Shown: positions 39,145 to 48,308 of the stretch, piece by piece
Layout: every line of letters starts with the position of its first letter
Position numbering within the stretch: the stretch's first letter is position 1
DNA from: a virus
Reading direction: 5' to 3' (one strand)
DNA: 64,000 bases
Virus record (IMG/VR): IMGVR_UViG_3300027972_000007
Coordinates: 64,001 to 128,000 of that record
Made by a program: the position numbers and the translations under genes
The notes under the pieces: model-generated
Told to the model about the DNA's origin: nothing
What the model saw: only the letters and a program-made list of their open reading frames with translations
The model's database searches: none

Positions 39145-39734
39145 TATTTCCTCATTCCTTTATGTTCTTCGTCTTTTTCTAAAGTTTTTTTCAGACCAAA
39201 GTTACCTTGAATATGAAAACAAACAACTCCTTCTGGACGCATAAACCCCGGAGATGCTTGACTTCCATTTTTCCTTAAAAATTCTATACTATCTTCTATT
39301 GCTTGAGTAGTAAAAATCCCTTTATACAAAACTGGAACCAAACTGCAACATTCAGGTAATCTTTCTTGATATTTCTCAATTCTTGGATCGACAGTTTCTA
39401 TTCTTTGAGGTTCCTGATTATGCAAACACCATCTTATTGTATTAAATAATGAAAACCTTTTTTCTTCTAAATTATATTTTCTTTGTATGCCTTGTCCCCA
39501 CCATTCCCCATAATGTTTTCCGACCCCAAGTTTCAATAATTCTTCTTTATTTGTATAAGCCCATTTGGCAAACCCATAATTATCGTCTTCGGAAGTGACC
39601 CATCTTTGCCTCGAACCAACTAAAAATCTCCCATCATCAGTAATACATATTTGACCATTAGTTCCATCAATTTTTTCAGTAATAACACACGGTCTCGATA
39701 CTCTATATATTTTTGGAAATTCTACAAAATCCAT
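39144..39734 (-). CDS. RNA ligase (Rnl2-like nucleotidyltransferase domain)
   Basis: TEKIDGTN, GSR, YGEWWG, EGVV; start moved to MDFVEFPK. Confidence 0.88.
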   Translation of the reverse strand: MDFVEFPKIYRVSRPCVITEKIDGTNGQICITDDGRFLVGSRQRWVTSEDDNYGFAKWAYTNKEELLKLGVGKHYGEWWGQGIQRKYNLEEKRFSLFNTIRWCLHNQEPQRIETVDPRIEKYQERLPECCSLVPVLYKGIFTTQAIEDSIEFLRKNGSQASPGFMRPEGVVCFHIQGNFGLKKTLEKDEEHKGMRK

Positions 39735-39747
39735 AATTATTCTCACT

Positions 39748-40803
39748 CTATAAAAAATTAATATCCATTTCATCTTTTGGATTTTTAATAAAATCTAAAA
39801 ATTTATTAATTTCACATAATTTACAACATACCTGGCAATACTTAAAATAATTTAATTTTCTAACAAAATCAATAGATTTCTTTCTTTTTATTGATTTCCA
39901 TATTTCTTCTAAACTATTTTCGTATATATTACCAAAAGTGAAATTTTCATTATTTGGATGATACATACACACTTTAACGTCTCCGTTAGCATTTAAAATA
40001 GGTTCAAAAAAGTGACCGTCACACACTTTAAATGGAAATAAATTCTTTTCTTTTAAATCTGTAAATTTATCTAAACTTAAATTGATTTTTTTATCACTTA
40101 TTTTTTTAATATAATTCCATACTTTATTATTTAAACTAATTTTTTCATTCTTAAAAAATCTTGGTAATACTGGTCTAAATTGAATATATGAACAATCATT
40201 CTTCAATAACAAAATATCTTCTATATCTTTAATGCTTGTTTTATTGCTAACATTACAATTAATTCCTAATTTTATTGGATATTTTTTTAACAATTTTATA
40301 TTTTTTAAAACTATATCGACTGCATCAATCCCTTTATATTTTTTATATTTTTTCTTATCAATAAAATCTAATGATATTCTAACCCATTTAAAATTATTTC
40401 CAATAATTGGTATTAATCTCTCATTAAAAACTCCATTAGTCATTAATCCAATTTCTAATCCAACATCAATACAATGTTCAACTATTTTTTCAAAATAATG
40501 ATGTAAAGTTGGTTCGCCTCCACCAGAAAATGTAACTGCTTTTCCACCCAATATTTTAAATTCAGTTAAAAATTTTAATAGTTCTCTAATTTTTAATTCT
40601 TGTATATTATTATTTCTATTTTCAGAAATACACCACGAACATTTTAAATTACATCTATCAGTTAGATTCAACTCCATAAAAATTGGAAATGTATCACCGG
40701 ATAAAATATATTGGGAAACTCTGTCTGAATGAAATAACATTTTTGCCTGTGAAGCAAAAGGATTATTCCCAAATTCTAAATATGTATTAAAATTACTTTT
40801 CAT
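39748..40803 (-). CDS. radical SAM protein with SPASM/twitch domain
   Basis: CNLKCSWC, SGGGEP, TNG, GNI...IW, CxxC. Confidence 0.92.
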   Translation of the reverse strand: MKSNFNTYLEFGNNPFASQAKMLFHSDRVSQYILSGDTFPIFMELNLTDRCNLKCSWCISENRNNNIQELKIRELLKFLTEFKILGGKAVTFSGGGEPTLHHYFEKIVEHCIDVGLEIGLMTNGVFNERLIPIIGNNFKWVRISLDFIDKKKYKKYKGIDAVDIVLKNIKLLKKYPIKLGINCNVSNKTSIKDIEDILLLKNDCSYIQFRPVLPRFFKNEKISLNNKVWNYIKKISDKKINLSLDKFTDLKEKNLFPFKVCDGHFFEPILNANGDVKVCMYHPNNENFTFGNIYENSLEEIWKSIKRKKSIDFVRKLNYFKYCQVCCKLCEINKFLDFIKNPKDEMDINFL

Positions 40804-40812
40804 TAAAAAATT

Positions 40813-41067
40813 TCATTCACCAATTTTATATTTTTTAACTAAATCTATTAAATCTTTTACTGTTTCTATTGCATTTAAACTAAAAATATCTTCAGCTAAT
40901 TTAATATTATATTGATACTCTAAATCTGAAATAAAATCTCTTTGTGCATAAGAATCAAAACTCAAAATATTTAAATACATATTTTCCTTTATTTCTTTTA
41001 CTTCTTTATAAAGAACTTCAGCCAATATACCCTTTACTATTTTGGAAATATTCATATTACCTTTCAT
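40813..41067 (-). CDS. acyl carrier protein-like
   Basis: 84 aa; FDS putative phosphopantetheine Ser, LE...I.L, TVKDLID. Confidence 0.65.
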   Translation of the reverse strand: MKGNMNISKIVKGILAEVLYKEVKEIKENMYLNILSFDSYAQRDFISDLEYQYNIKLAEDIFSLNAIETVKDLIDLVKKYKIGE

Positions 41068-41336
41068 TATTTTATTTTTTGTTTCTGAAGCAAATCAATC
41101 ATTTCATTATATTTTTTTATAACATATTCTTTTAATGGTTCATAATCGTCTTTATCTTCAAGAAATTCTCTTTCTTCGTTTTCTGAACTCCAAATAATAT
41201 TATCTAAAAATTTTATAAGACAACAAAAACCATTAGAACAAAATTCTAATGTATTTTCTTTTAGTTCATCTTCTAGTATCGACCAATTTAATTCAGCAAC
41301 AATTTCTAAACATTCTAATTCTTGTTTGAAATTCAT
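41067..41336 (-). CDS. acidic hypothetical protein
   Basis: Coupled ORF. Confidence 0.7.
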   Translation of the reverse strand: MNFKQELECLEIVAELNWSILEDELKENTLEFCSNGFCCLIKFLDNIIWSSENEEREFLEDKDDYEPLKEYVIKKYNEMIDLLQKQKIK

Positions 41337-41341
41337 AATAA

Positions 41342-42295
41342 TTACCTTTCATTACATTTTTCTATTTCATATTGTCGAATAACTTTTTTAATGCCTTCAG
41401 TTATCGTTATTTTTTGCTGCCAACCAAGTTCAATTAAAGGTGAAATATCACAATAAAAATCATCAATACCAACAGCTTTATGAAAATCTGGTGATTCAAC
41501 TATTTCGACTTTACCTTTTCCTGATTCTTTCAAAATAATATCGACTAAATTTCTTAAAGAAATAGACCTGCCATAAGAAACATAATAAATTTGATCTAAT
41601 GAATTTCTACCTTTTTGTTCTATTATTTCTAATGCGCTAATCACATCATCAATATAGATATAATCCCTTTTTATTTTACCGTTATCATACAGTTTTATTG
41701 TATCATTACTAACTGCTAACCATATCATTCTATTAAATGCTGCTTTTTTATTATTAGTATTTTGTTCCCCAATTCCGAAAACATTTGATAATCTCGCAAT
41801 TTTAGTTTTTAAACCAAATACTCTTGCGTATGTATTAATAATATGTTCTGCACATAATTTAGTTGCACCATATAAACCTAATGGATTTTCTTTGATTCTA
41901 TCAGTTACTGGCAATATTTCAGGATTCCCATTAACAAAAAAAGTACTCGTAAATATTATTTCTGCTTCTGGATTATGATTTCTACATGCTTCTAATAATG
42001 CTATAGTACCAAGAATATTTGTTTTTACGTCTATATATGGTTTATCAAAAATATTATAATTATCAACCGTAGAAGCGCAATGGAATATTTTATCAATTCC
42101 TTTTATATCGCATTTTTTAATATTTCTAACATCTTTTTCTATTACATTTATTTTATCTTCAAATCCTTGCAGATTATTTTTTGGACTTTTTCGAGTAATA
42201 ATAGTTACATTATGTCCTTTATTGATATATTTTTTGGCTAAATGTGAACCTATAAAACCTTTTCCGCCAGTAATTAAAATATTCATTTTATCCAC
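41342..42295 (-). CDS. NAD-dependent nucleotide-sugar epimerase/dehydratase
   Basis: TGGKGFIG, YGATK, RDYIY. Confidence 0.9.
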   Translation of the reverse strand: MDKMNILITGGKGFIGSHLAKKYINKGHNVTIITRKSPKNNLQGFEDKINVIEKDVRNIKKCDIKGIDKIFHCASTVDNYNIFDKPYIDVKTNILGTIALLEACRNHNPEAEIIFTSTFFVNGNPEILPVTDRIKENPLGLYGATKLCAEHIINTYARVFGLKTKIARLSNVFGIGEQNTNNKKAAFNRMIWLAVSNDTIKLYDNGKIKRDYIYIDDVISALEIIEQKGRNSLDQIYYVSYGRSISLRNLVDIILKESGKGKVEIVESPDFHKAVGIDDFYCDISPLIELGWQQKITITEGIKKVIRQYEIEKCNER

Positions 42296-43662
42296 TCCTT
42301 CCCAACTTTCAAAAACGATTGTAAATCTTCCGGAGTACCTAATCCAAACATTTTTTCTACTGAATAGATTTTAATTTTCTTTCCATCTTTTATCGCTTGA
42401 TTAAAAACTGGACAAACATAATATTCATTATTAACTCTAATATTTTCTTTAATCATTTCTTCTGCATATTTTACATAATCTTTTCCTCTACTCCAATAAT
42501 AAATACCAACTGTTGCATTATCACTTATTGGTTTTTTCTCTGCAACTTCACTAACTATTCCATTTTCATCAGCTTTAGCATAAGACCATTTTGGATGAAC
42601 ATTTTTGAATGTTAAAATTCCGCCATCTACTCTATTTTCTATCATATTATACATAAAATCGCTACTATCCCAAACAATAAATTGATCTGAATTAGCAACA
42701 ATTAAACTTTCATCATTATCAATATATTCTTTAGCTAATAACGTCGTACATGCAGCTCCTTCAGTAGTATCTTTAACTGTGATTATCTTACAGTTTGGGG
42801 CTAATATATTTAATAAATAATTCAAATTATATTTATTATAGTGTTCTTCTTTCACAATAAAGATATAATTGGCGTCAATATCTAAATTATCGACGACAAC
42901 TTGTATCATTGGTTTACCTAAAACGTCTATCAATGGTTTTGGAAAAGTATAATTGGCATCGATAAACCGTTTCCCATCTCCTGCCATTGGTATTAAAATA
43001 TTCATATTATCACCTTTCCATTTTTTTCTATTTTTCAAATTTTCTAACTTATTTATAAATCCAATTATATTTTTTCTATTAGTTTCTTCAATATTTTTTA
43101 CAATAAATAAATTTGCTTTGCTTGCCATTGCAGAACTAACTCCTACTTTTGAATCTTCAATTATGACAGTTTCATCAGGCGAAACAGAACATGAAGTCAT
43201 ACATTTTAAATATATTTCACAATTTGGTTTAGGAGTTTTTACATCTTCATTACTCAAATAATCATCTATAAACTCAATTAAACCCAATTTTAATAAATAT
43301 ATTTTAGTTGTTTCACGAATAGAATTTGACGCGACCCAAATTTTTATATTTTTACTTTTTAATTCTTTAAATAATTCAATTATTTCATTGTTTGGATGAA
43401 TTAATGTTTTTATTTCATCAATAGTAAATTTTTGCTTATCATTCCAAATTTGTTGATATTTTGATTTAGGTAATTTTTTTGTTTTTGATAATATTTGCAA
43501 CTTTTTATTTGTTGGTAATCCGTCAAAAATAGAAAGATGTTCAGCATAAGAAATTACATATTTTTTATTAACTTTTTCTAATGCTTTGTTTAAAGCATTA
43601 AAATGAGCTTCTTTGCTCTTAACCAACACGCCGTCTAAATCAAAAATTATCAATTTTATCAT
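42283..43662 (-). CDS. HAD phosphatase - sugar nucleotidyltransferase fusion
   Basis: FDLDGVL, KPN...EDS, then PMAGDGKRF...PKPLI, GLGTPEDL. Confidence 0.9.
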   Translation of the reverse strand: MIKLIIFDLDGVLVKSKEAHFNALNKALEKVNKKYVISYAEHLSIFDGLPTNKKLQILSKTKKLPKSKYQQIWNDKQKFTIDEIKTLIHPNNEIIELFKELKSKNIKIWVASNSIRETTKIYLLKLGLIEFIDDYLSNEDVKTPKPNCEIYLKCMTSCSVSPDETVIIEDSKVGVSSAMASKANLFIVKNIEETNRKNIIGFINKLENLKNRKKWKGDNMNILIPMAGDGKRFIDANYTFPKPLIDVLGKPMIQVVVDNLDIDANYIFIVKEEHYNKYNLNYLLNILAPNCKIITVKDTTEGAACTTLLAKEYIDNDESLIVANSDQFIVWDSSDFMYNMIENRVDGGILTFKNVHPKWSYAKADENGIVSEVAEKKPISDNATVGIYYWSRGKDYVKYAEEMIKENIRVNNEYYVCPVFNQAIKDGKKIKIYSVEKMFGLGTPEDLQSFLKVGKEWIK

Positions 43663-43663
43663 G

Positions 43664-43942
<279 letters not shown>

Positions 43943-44335
43943 TTATTTTATTTTTAATAAAATGTCGCATTTATTGAGAGGCCAAATTTCTTTACAAACA
44001 TTTGAAAGTCCTGTTTCGCAATTTGTTCCATCTATCCAAACTTCATAACTTTTTCCTGTATCTTCATCTATTTCAGGTAAATTTTTTACATATTCCTTTA
44101 ACTGTTTTATGGTTAATCCATTTTCATTAACTAATTTTTCATGTTTTTTGATAATAGAAACATTTTTTAAAATTGTAAAAAATTTCTGACCAAGAAAATC
44201 AACTTTTGTTACTGTTTTTAAATCGTCTCCAAAATTTCTTAAAACAAAATGTTCAAATTCATTTTCTGGGTATATTTCTATCGAATTTTCTACAAATAAT
44301 TTATTTAATTCGCCGTTATGAAATGTAACTTTCAT
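43943..44335 (-). CDS. hypothetical protein
   Basis: AAGGA RBS. Confidence 0.7.
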   Translation of the reverse strand: MKVTFHNGELNKLFVENSIEIYPENEFEHFVLRNFGDDLKTVTKVDFLGQKFFTILKNVSIIKKHEKLVNENGLTIKQLKEYVKNLPEIDEDTGKSYEVWIDGTNCETGLSNVCKEIWPLNKCDILLKIK

Positions 44336-44347
44336 GTATCATTCCTT

Positions 44348-44971
44348 TCATAAACAATATTTCTTAACTAAATATAAAAATTTATCTGGCAATTTTTTAT
44401 AACTTTTTTGAAATACTTCAGGCATTTCTCTAACAATTTCTTTTACTTCATATGGAGCTTTTTTATACCATTTTCTTAACTCTCTAACTGAAGAAATAAA
44501 ATATAGATATGCATTCATTTCTTGTATTTCTTTATTTATTTTAAATGGCAAATTATATTTTTTTATTAAATCAATTACTCTTTTCTCGCAATCCAATTCC
44601 AATAATATATCTGTATCGATCATTAAATCAATTTCTTTTTTAGTAAAATTCTTTCCAGCGAGCCAATCATCACTATTATATTGTCTCGAAATTTTATCAT
44701 AATACTTCCAAATTTTATTCTTTTCTTTCCATTGCAAAAAATGACAATATTCATGAATAAAATTTTTATACCACCGTAATACTGGTTTTCTAGTTCCTAT
44801 AGTTAGAGTTTTTGCGTCGTCATCCCAACAAGCACTAGATTTTATACCGTTTTCGACAATAATTTTTTCTTTATTTTCAAAAATAACTTTACAATTATTT
44901 GTTAAAATATCAATTAAAATATGGCCTAAAAAGAATTTTTTATAAAAAGCGTCGAGGGATTTATTTTTCAT
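44348..44971 (-). CDS. zincin-like metallopeptidase
   Basis: HEYCH plus downstream E. Confidence 0.75.
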   Translation of the reverse strand: MKNKSLDAFYKKFFLGHILIDILTNNCKVIFENKEKIIVENGIKSSACWDDDAKTLTIGTRKPVLRWYKNFIHEYCHFLQWKEKNKIWKYYDKISRQYNSDDWLAGKNFTKKEIDLMIDTDILLELDCEKRVIDLIKKYNLPFKINKEIQEMNAYLYFISSVRELRKWYKKAPYEVKEIVREMPEVFQKSYKKLPDKFLYLVKKYCL

Positions 44972-44973
44972 AA

Positions 44974-45819
44974 TTAATAATTTTCAAATAAATAATCTAC
45001 TTCAAAATGACATGAATTAACATCTAAATTATACAGATTCTTCGTACTAATTACAAAATTATTTATAAACTTTTCGTTTAATGACTTTAATGAATAATCT
45101 TCTTTATTCCCACATACATTTTTAAAAACTGTTTGCGTTAAATTATTTGGTATTGATAGTGTTTTTGCTTTTTCAAAAAACAATATTTTTTCATTAAAAT
45201 TCCATTTTAACTGATGCATACCTGATTCTAATGTATTTGGATTATTAAAAGATATTCTTTTTAAAATATTTTTCAATAAAATTGTTGTATAAATATGAGT
45301 ATTAATACATGAAGGATACGACCAATCTGAATATTCAATTTTGCTATCTATTAAATATTGTTTCCAATTCCACGAATATGCCTGTTGATTACTATTAATT
45401 GAATGATATGTTTCAAAATATCTTGGAGGATCTGAATGTGTTTTGGAAGGGTATGAATAATTTAATGTTGGATGCATTCTTAATGATATACAATGTAATT
45501 TATCAAATTTTAAAAAATCTAAAAAACCAGAAATAGGAAAATTGCGTATAATAACTTCATCATCTACTAAAATGAGTGAATATTGTTCTTTAATATTATT
45601 TACATAATTTCTAAAATCATTAACAAAATTATTTTCGTTAATCCAATTTAAATTTGGATATTTAGATATAATTTTATCATAACCAATTTTAAAATAATTA
45701 TCAGAATATTTATATAAAATTCCTATATTTTTTAATTCTGTAAAATTATCATAAATTGATCTCAGCAATAAATCGAGCTGGCATGCACGATCTTTAGAAA
45801 AAATTAAACAATTTAACAT
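44974..45819 (-). CDS. GT-A glycosyltransferase
   Basis: FSKDRACQL, LVDD, NPNTLE. Confidence 0.75.
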   Translation of the reverse strand: MLNCLIFSKDRACQLDLLLRSIYDNFTELKNIGILYKYSDNYFKIGYDKIISKYPNLNWINENNFVNDFRNYVNNIKEQYSLILVDDEVIIRNFPISGFLDFLKFDKLHCISLRMHPTLNYSYPSKTHSDPPRYFETYHSINSNQQAYSWNWKQYLIDSKIEYSDWSYPSCINTHIYTTILLKNILKRISFNNPNTLESGMHQLKWNFNEKILFFEKAKTLSIPNNLTQTVFKNVCGNKEDYSLKSLNEKFINNFVISTKNLYNLDVNSCHFEVDYLFENY

Positions 45820-45939
45820 TATTTTTTACCTTTATGATGTTGCGGTTGGAATGCCAAATAAAATACAAAATACTGACGATATAACCAACAAACAAAAACT
45901 CTATCACTCGCATCTTTTGCCGTGGTAAAGCCTGCATTT

Positions 45940-46130
45940 GTTGCGCGATTTAGGAGGTTGCCTCCATAATTTCAGCGGTGCGGGGCTTACGGCTATATAA
46001 GGGTGGCCGGATTCATACGCCAGCACGCCTTCCCGACTTCGAGCATATAGCAACCCCTGGCAGCCGTCAACCCTAATGCTGTCTATCGCACAGCCTATAA
46101 TCATAAAAGCAACCTCTTATTTCGCGCAAC
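45940..46130 (-). ncRNA. cassette 7: probable non-coding structured cassette
   Basis: GTTGCGCGA/TCGCGCAAC ends; GAGGTTGC/GCAACCTC, ACGGCT/AGCCGT and GCTATAT/ATATAGC pairings. Confidence 0.4.
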
Positions 46131-46293
46131 GACTGGCTATGCCTGAAGTTGCCGCTTTACAATATCTAACATAGCTTTCGCGCCTGCCATATACCATCGT
46201 ACTAACAGCGGATCATTATTTTTTCGCAAACCACCGGATAATTCTTCCTTATATTTGCTGAATAACGGCAATTTTAGGCATGTTTTGTTGGTG
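46124..46293 (-). repeat. attC-like site F
   Basis: CACCAAC...ATGCCT..TTGCCG / CGGCAA..AGGCAT...GTTGCGC. Confidence 0.7.
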
Positions 46294-46448
46294 GATGGTT
46301 TATGGCATTCCTTAATGTAAGCACGAATGTACTTCCACGCTTCGGTTTGCCAACCATACAGTTTCGGTGGTAACATCGGACTATCACACACACTATCCAT
46401 AACACAACAGGCATGTTCAATATTTGTATAAATTACAGATTCATTCAT
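46137..46448 (-). CDS. cassette 6b hypothetical protein
   Basis: GGAGG RBS; reads through attC F. Confidence 0.65.
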   Translation of the reverse strand: MNESVIYTNIEHACCVMDSVCDSPMLPPKLYGWQTEAWKYIRAYIKECHKPSTNKTCLKLPLFSKYKEELSGGLRKNNDPLLVRWYMAGAKAMLDIVKRQLQA

Positions 46449-46654
46449 TCGTGCCTCCAATGTAAAATTGCCAAAACTTTTCCGAGCGATTCTTTGGCAC
46501 ACTGAAGCATCTCACCTATAGTAATATTAGAAGCAGGCTCAAAAGCCAGTTGCTCATAATACCCACGATATGAATGCGGCGAGTTAAACCCATTTGGAAC
46601 AACAAGGTCGGCTTCCTCTTGTTCGAGACGAGAAATTAAACTTTGTAAATCCAT
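46445..46654 (-). CDS. cassette 6a hypothetical protein, probably 3'-truncated
   Basis: AAAGGA RBS; PHSYRGYYEQLAFEP motif. Confidence 0.65.
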   Translation of the reverse strand: MDLQSLISRLEQEEADLVVPNGFNSPHSYRGYYEQLAFEPASNITIGEMLQCAKESLGKVLAILHWRHE

Positions 46655-46707
46655 GTTTCTGTTCCTTTCTTGGCGCGGCATATAACTTAAAAAGTCAAGG
46701 CTATTGC

Positions 46708-46800
46708 GCCTAACGTTCTCAGCAACGGGTGCTGGAAACGCCTATAATAAAATCTAATCATTAATATCCTGCGTTTCTGGCATCCCTTGCTGTGTTGTGC
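46708..46800 (-). repeat. attC-like site E
   Basis: GCACAAC..CAGCAA..GAAACGC / GCGTTTC..TTGCTG..GTTAGGC (canonical GTTRRRY). Confidence 0.8.
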
Positions 46801-46933
46801 GAAGTTTGCGATGATTCCTTAATTTAGCCACCGCATAATCGTATGTATCGCACTTATCAACTTCAAAAATCTTACATGGAAGCGTACACATTTTTTGGAT
46901 GGGGCACTTTTGGCATAAAGAAACAAATGGCAT
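46754..46933 (-). CDS. cassette 5 small Cys-rich protein (59 aa)
   Basis: Not in ORF track; GGGAGG RBS; MPFVSLCQKCPIQKMC... Confidence 0.65.
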   Translation of the reverse strand: MPFVSLCQKCPIQKMCTLPCKIFEVDKCDTYDYAVAKLRNHRKLRTTQQGMPETQDIND

Positions 46934-46980
46934 AATACCTCCCTGCGGTGGCCTACTTATATATACTCATCGCAAATTTT

Positions 46981-47055
46981 GCACAACGTCCGACAAATGG
47001 TGAAGTTTTTGTACTCAAAAATTTGCGGGTACTCCCCACCATTTGTTTGTTGTAC
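46981..47055 (-). repeat. attC-like site D
   Basis: GTACAAC..ACAAATGGTG / CACCATTTGT..GTTGTGC. Confidence 0.8.
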
Positions 47056-47059
47056 GAAG

Positions 47060-47248
47060 TTAATTGGCGACTCCGCTTTCTTCTGCCGCCACATCTTCGA
47101 CGAACTCCGCCGAAGCGTCAGGATTTTTTTCAAGCTGCTTGATAGCGTTACAGAGTTGCTCTTTGCCAATAGCCAACTGGAAACCAATACGCGCTTCGGT
47201 CAAATTGTGCCTTGCATTTTCGAGAACTTCCAAAACCGATAGAGACAT
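47060..47248 (-). CDS. cassette 4 hypothetical protein
   Basis: AAAGGA RBS; stop just before the inverse core. Confidence 0.7.
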   Translation of the reverse strand: MSLSVLEVLENARHNLTEARIGFQLAIGKEQLCNAIKQLEKNPDASAEFVEDVAAEESGVAN

Positions 47249-47300
47249 AACCGATCCTTTCTTTGTGGCGGCCTATAATAAAGACTCACCAATTAATTTT

Positions 47301-47442
47301 GTACAACGTTCTTCGCTACTGGTGCTGTTTGTGTGGACACTCGCCCACGTAAATACACGCCAGTTTATCACCAACATTGCCTGTTGAATGCTCACACTCC
47401 GCACTATTGAGAGCACAAATGGCATCCATAGCGCTGTTGTGC
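47301..47442 (-). repeat. attC-like site C
   Basis: GCACAAC..CGCTA..TTTGTG / CACAAA..TAGCG..GTTGTAC. Confidence 0.7.
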
Positions 47443-47546
47443 GATATAAAATTTTTTTCAACAAGTATTAATGCTTCTGTAACCTCTATTGAGTGTGGAA
47501 AAGGTATTGAATTTAATATTATATCATAAGCATCTTTATTAGTCAT
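47316..47546 (-). CDS. cassette 3 hypothetical protein
   Basis: GGAG RBS; reads through attC C. Confidence 0.65.
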   Translation of the reverse strand: MTNKDAYDIILNSIPFPHSIEVTEALILVEKNFISHNSAMDAICALNSAECEHSTGNVGDKLACIYVGECPHKQHQ

Positions 47547-47572
47547 ATAATCTCCAGAAAAAATTTTATTGC

Positions 47573-47721
47573 GTACAACGTTCACCGCACTGCGCGAAGT
47601 TGCGCTAAAACTGCATTAAAATCATCATATTGAGCTAATGTTAATTTATCAGACAACTGTTGTTGTAAAGAAATTATTCACCGTTCAATAAAAGCAATTT
47701 TGTTGCTGCGGTTGTTGGCTG
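47573..47721 (-). repeat. attC-like site B
   Basis: CAGCCAAC..ACCGCA..TTGC / GCAA..TGCGGT..GTTGTAC. Confidence 0.7.
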
Positions 47722-47920
47722 TGCCCAGCCCACCTGCTACACCCCCGCTGTGCTGCGCTTCAATGTTTCCTTCTTGCCGGGCGATCTTCCAATCTTTTTC
47801 GTCAACAATAACGTGGCCTTCTGGTAAGTTTTTCTTAAACTCCATGCCCGGATGCCTGTGAAGAAACCCCACCGTATCATTTACTGGATACCCCAAATAT
47901 TCCTGCTTAAACACTTGCAT
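47678..47920 (-). CDS. cassette 2 hypothetical protein
   Basis: AAAGGA RBS; start MQVFKQ. Confidence 0.7.
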   Translation of the reverse strand: MQVFKQEYLGYPVNDTVGFLHRHPGMEFKKNLPEGHVIVDEKDWKIARQEGNIEAQHSGGVAGGLGTANNRSNKIAFIER

Positions 47921-47963
47921 AAAGTTCCTTTCTTTCGCCCGGCCTATAATCAGCGCAGCATTG

Positions 47964-48124
47964 CAGCCAACGGATTGCAAAGGCATGAAGTTAAGCCCTA
48001 TAAATAGGACAATAAATAACAGCTCCATGCCCTTTACAATTAAAACCATCCTTTTCACCAACAAAAAACTCGGAACATTCCTTATTATTACAAGGCTTAA
48101 TTTTATTCTTTGTCGTGTTGGCTG
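47964..48124 (-). repeat. attC-like site A
   Basis: CAGCCAAC..CAAAG..TTAAGCC / GGCTTAA..CTTTG..GTTGGCTG. Confidence 0.7.
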
Positions 48125-48308
48125 TGCCCTGCCCACCTGCTACGCCCCCGCTGTGCTGCGCTTCCACCTGCTCTTGTGCGGCGATCTTTTCTTGTATCAG
48201 TTTTGCTTTCCAAATTTCCAGAAGAGCAATAGATTCCGCAAAAGTATAATCACTCTTATAAACCTGCTGCCCATTAAATTCAACAATTGACATCGTTCTG
48301 GTCTTCAT
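47991..48308 (-). CDS. cassette 1 hypothetical protein
   Basis: GAGGAG RBS; start MKTRT; reads through attC A. Confidence 0.7.
   Translation of the reverse strand: MKTRTMSIVEFNGQQVYKSDYTFAESIALLEIWKAKLIQEKIAAQEQVEAQHSGGVAGGQGTANTTKNKIKPCNNKECSEFFVGEKDGFNCKGHGAVIYCPIYRA

Noticed and set aside
45904-46104. 66-aa CDS in cassette 7
   Set aside because: It starts inside the shared leader motif, and the sequence is better explained by RNA structure.
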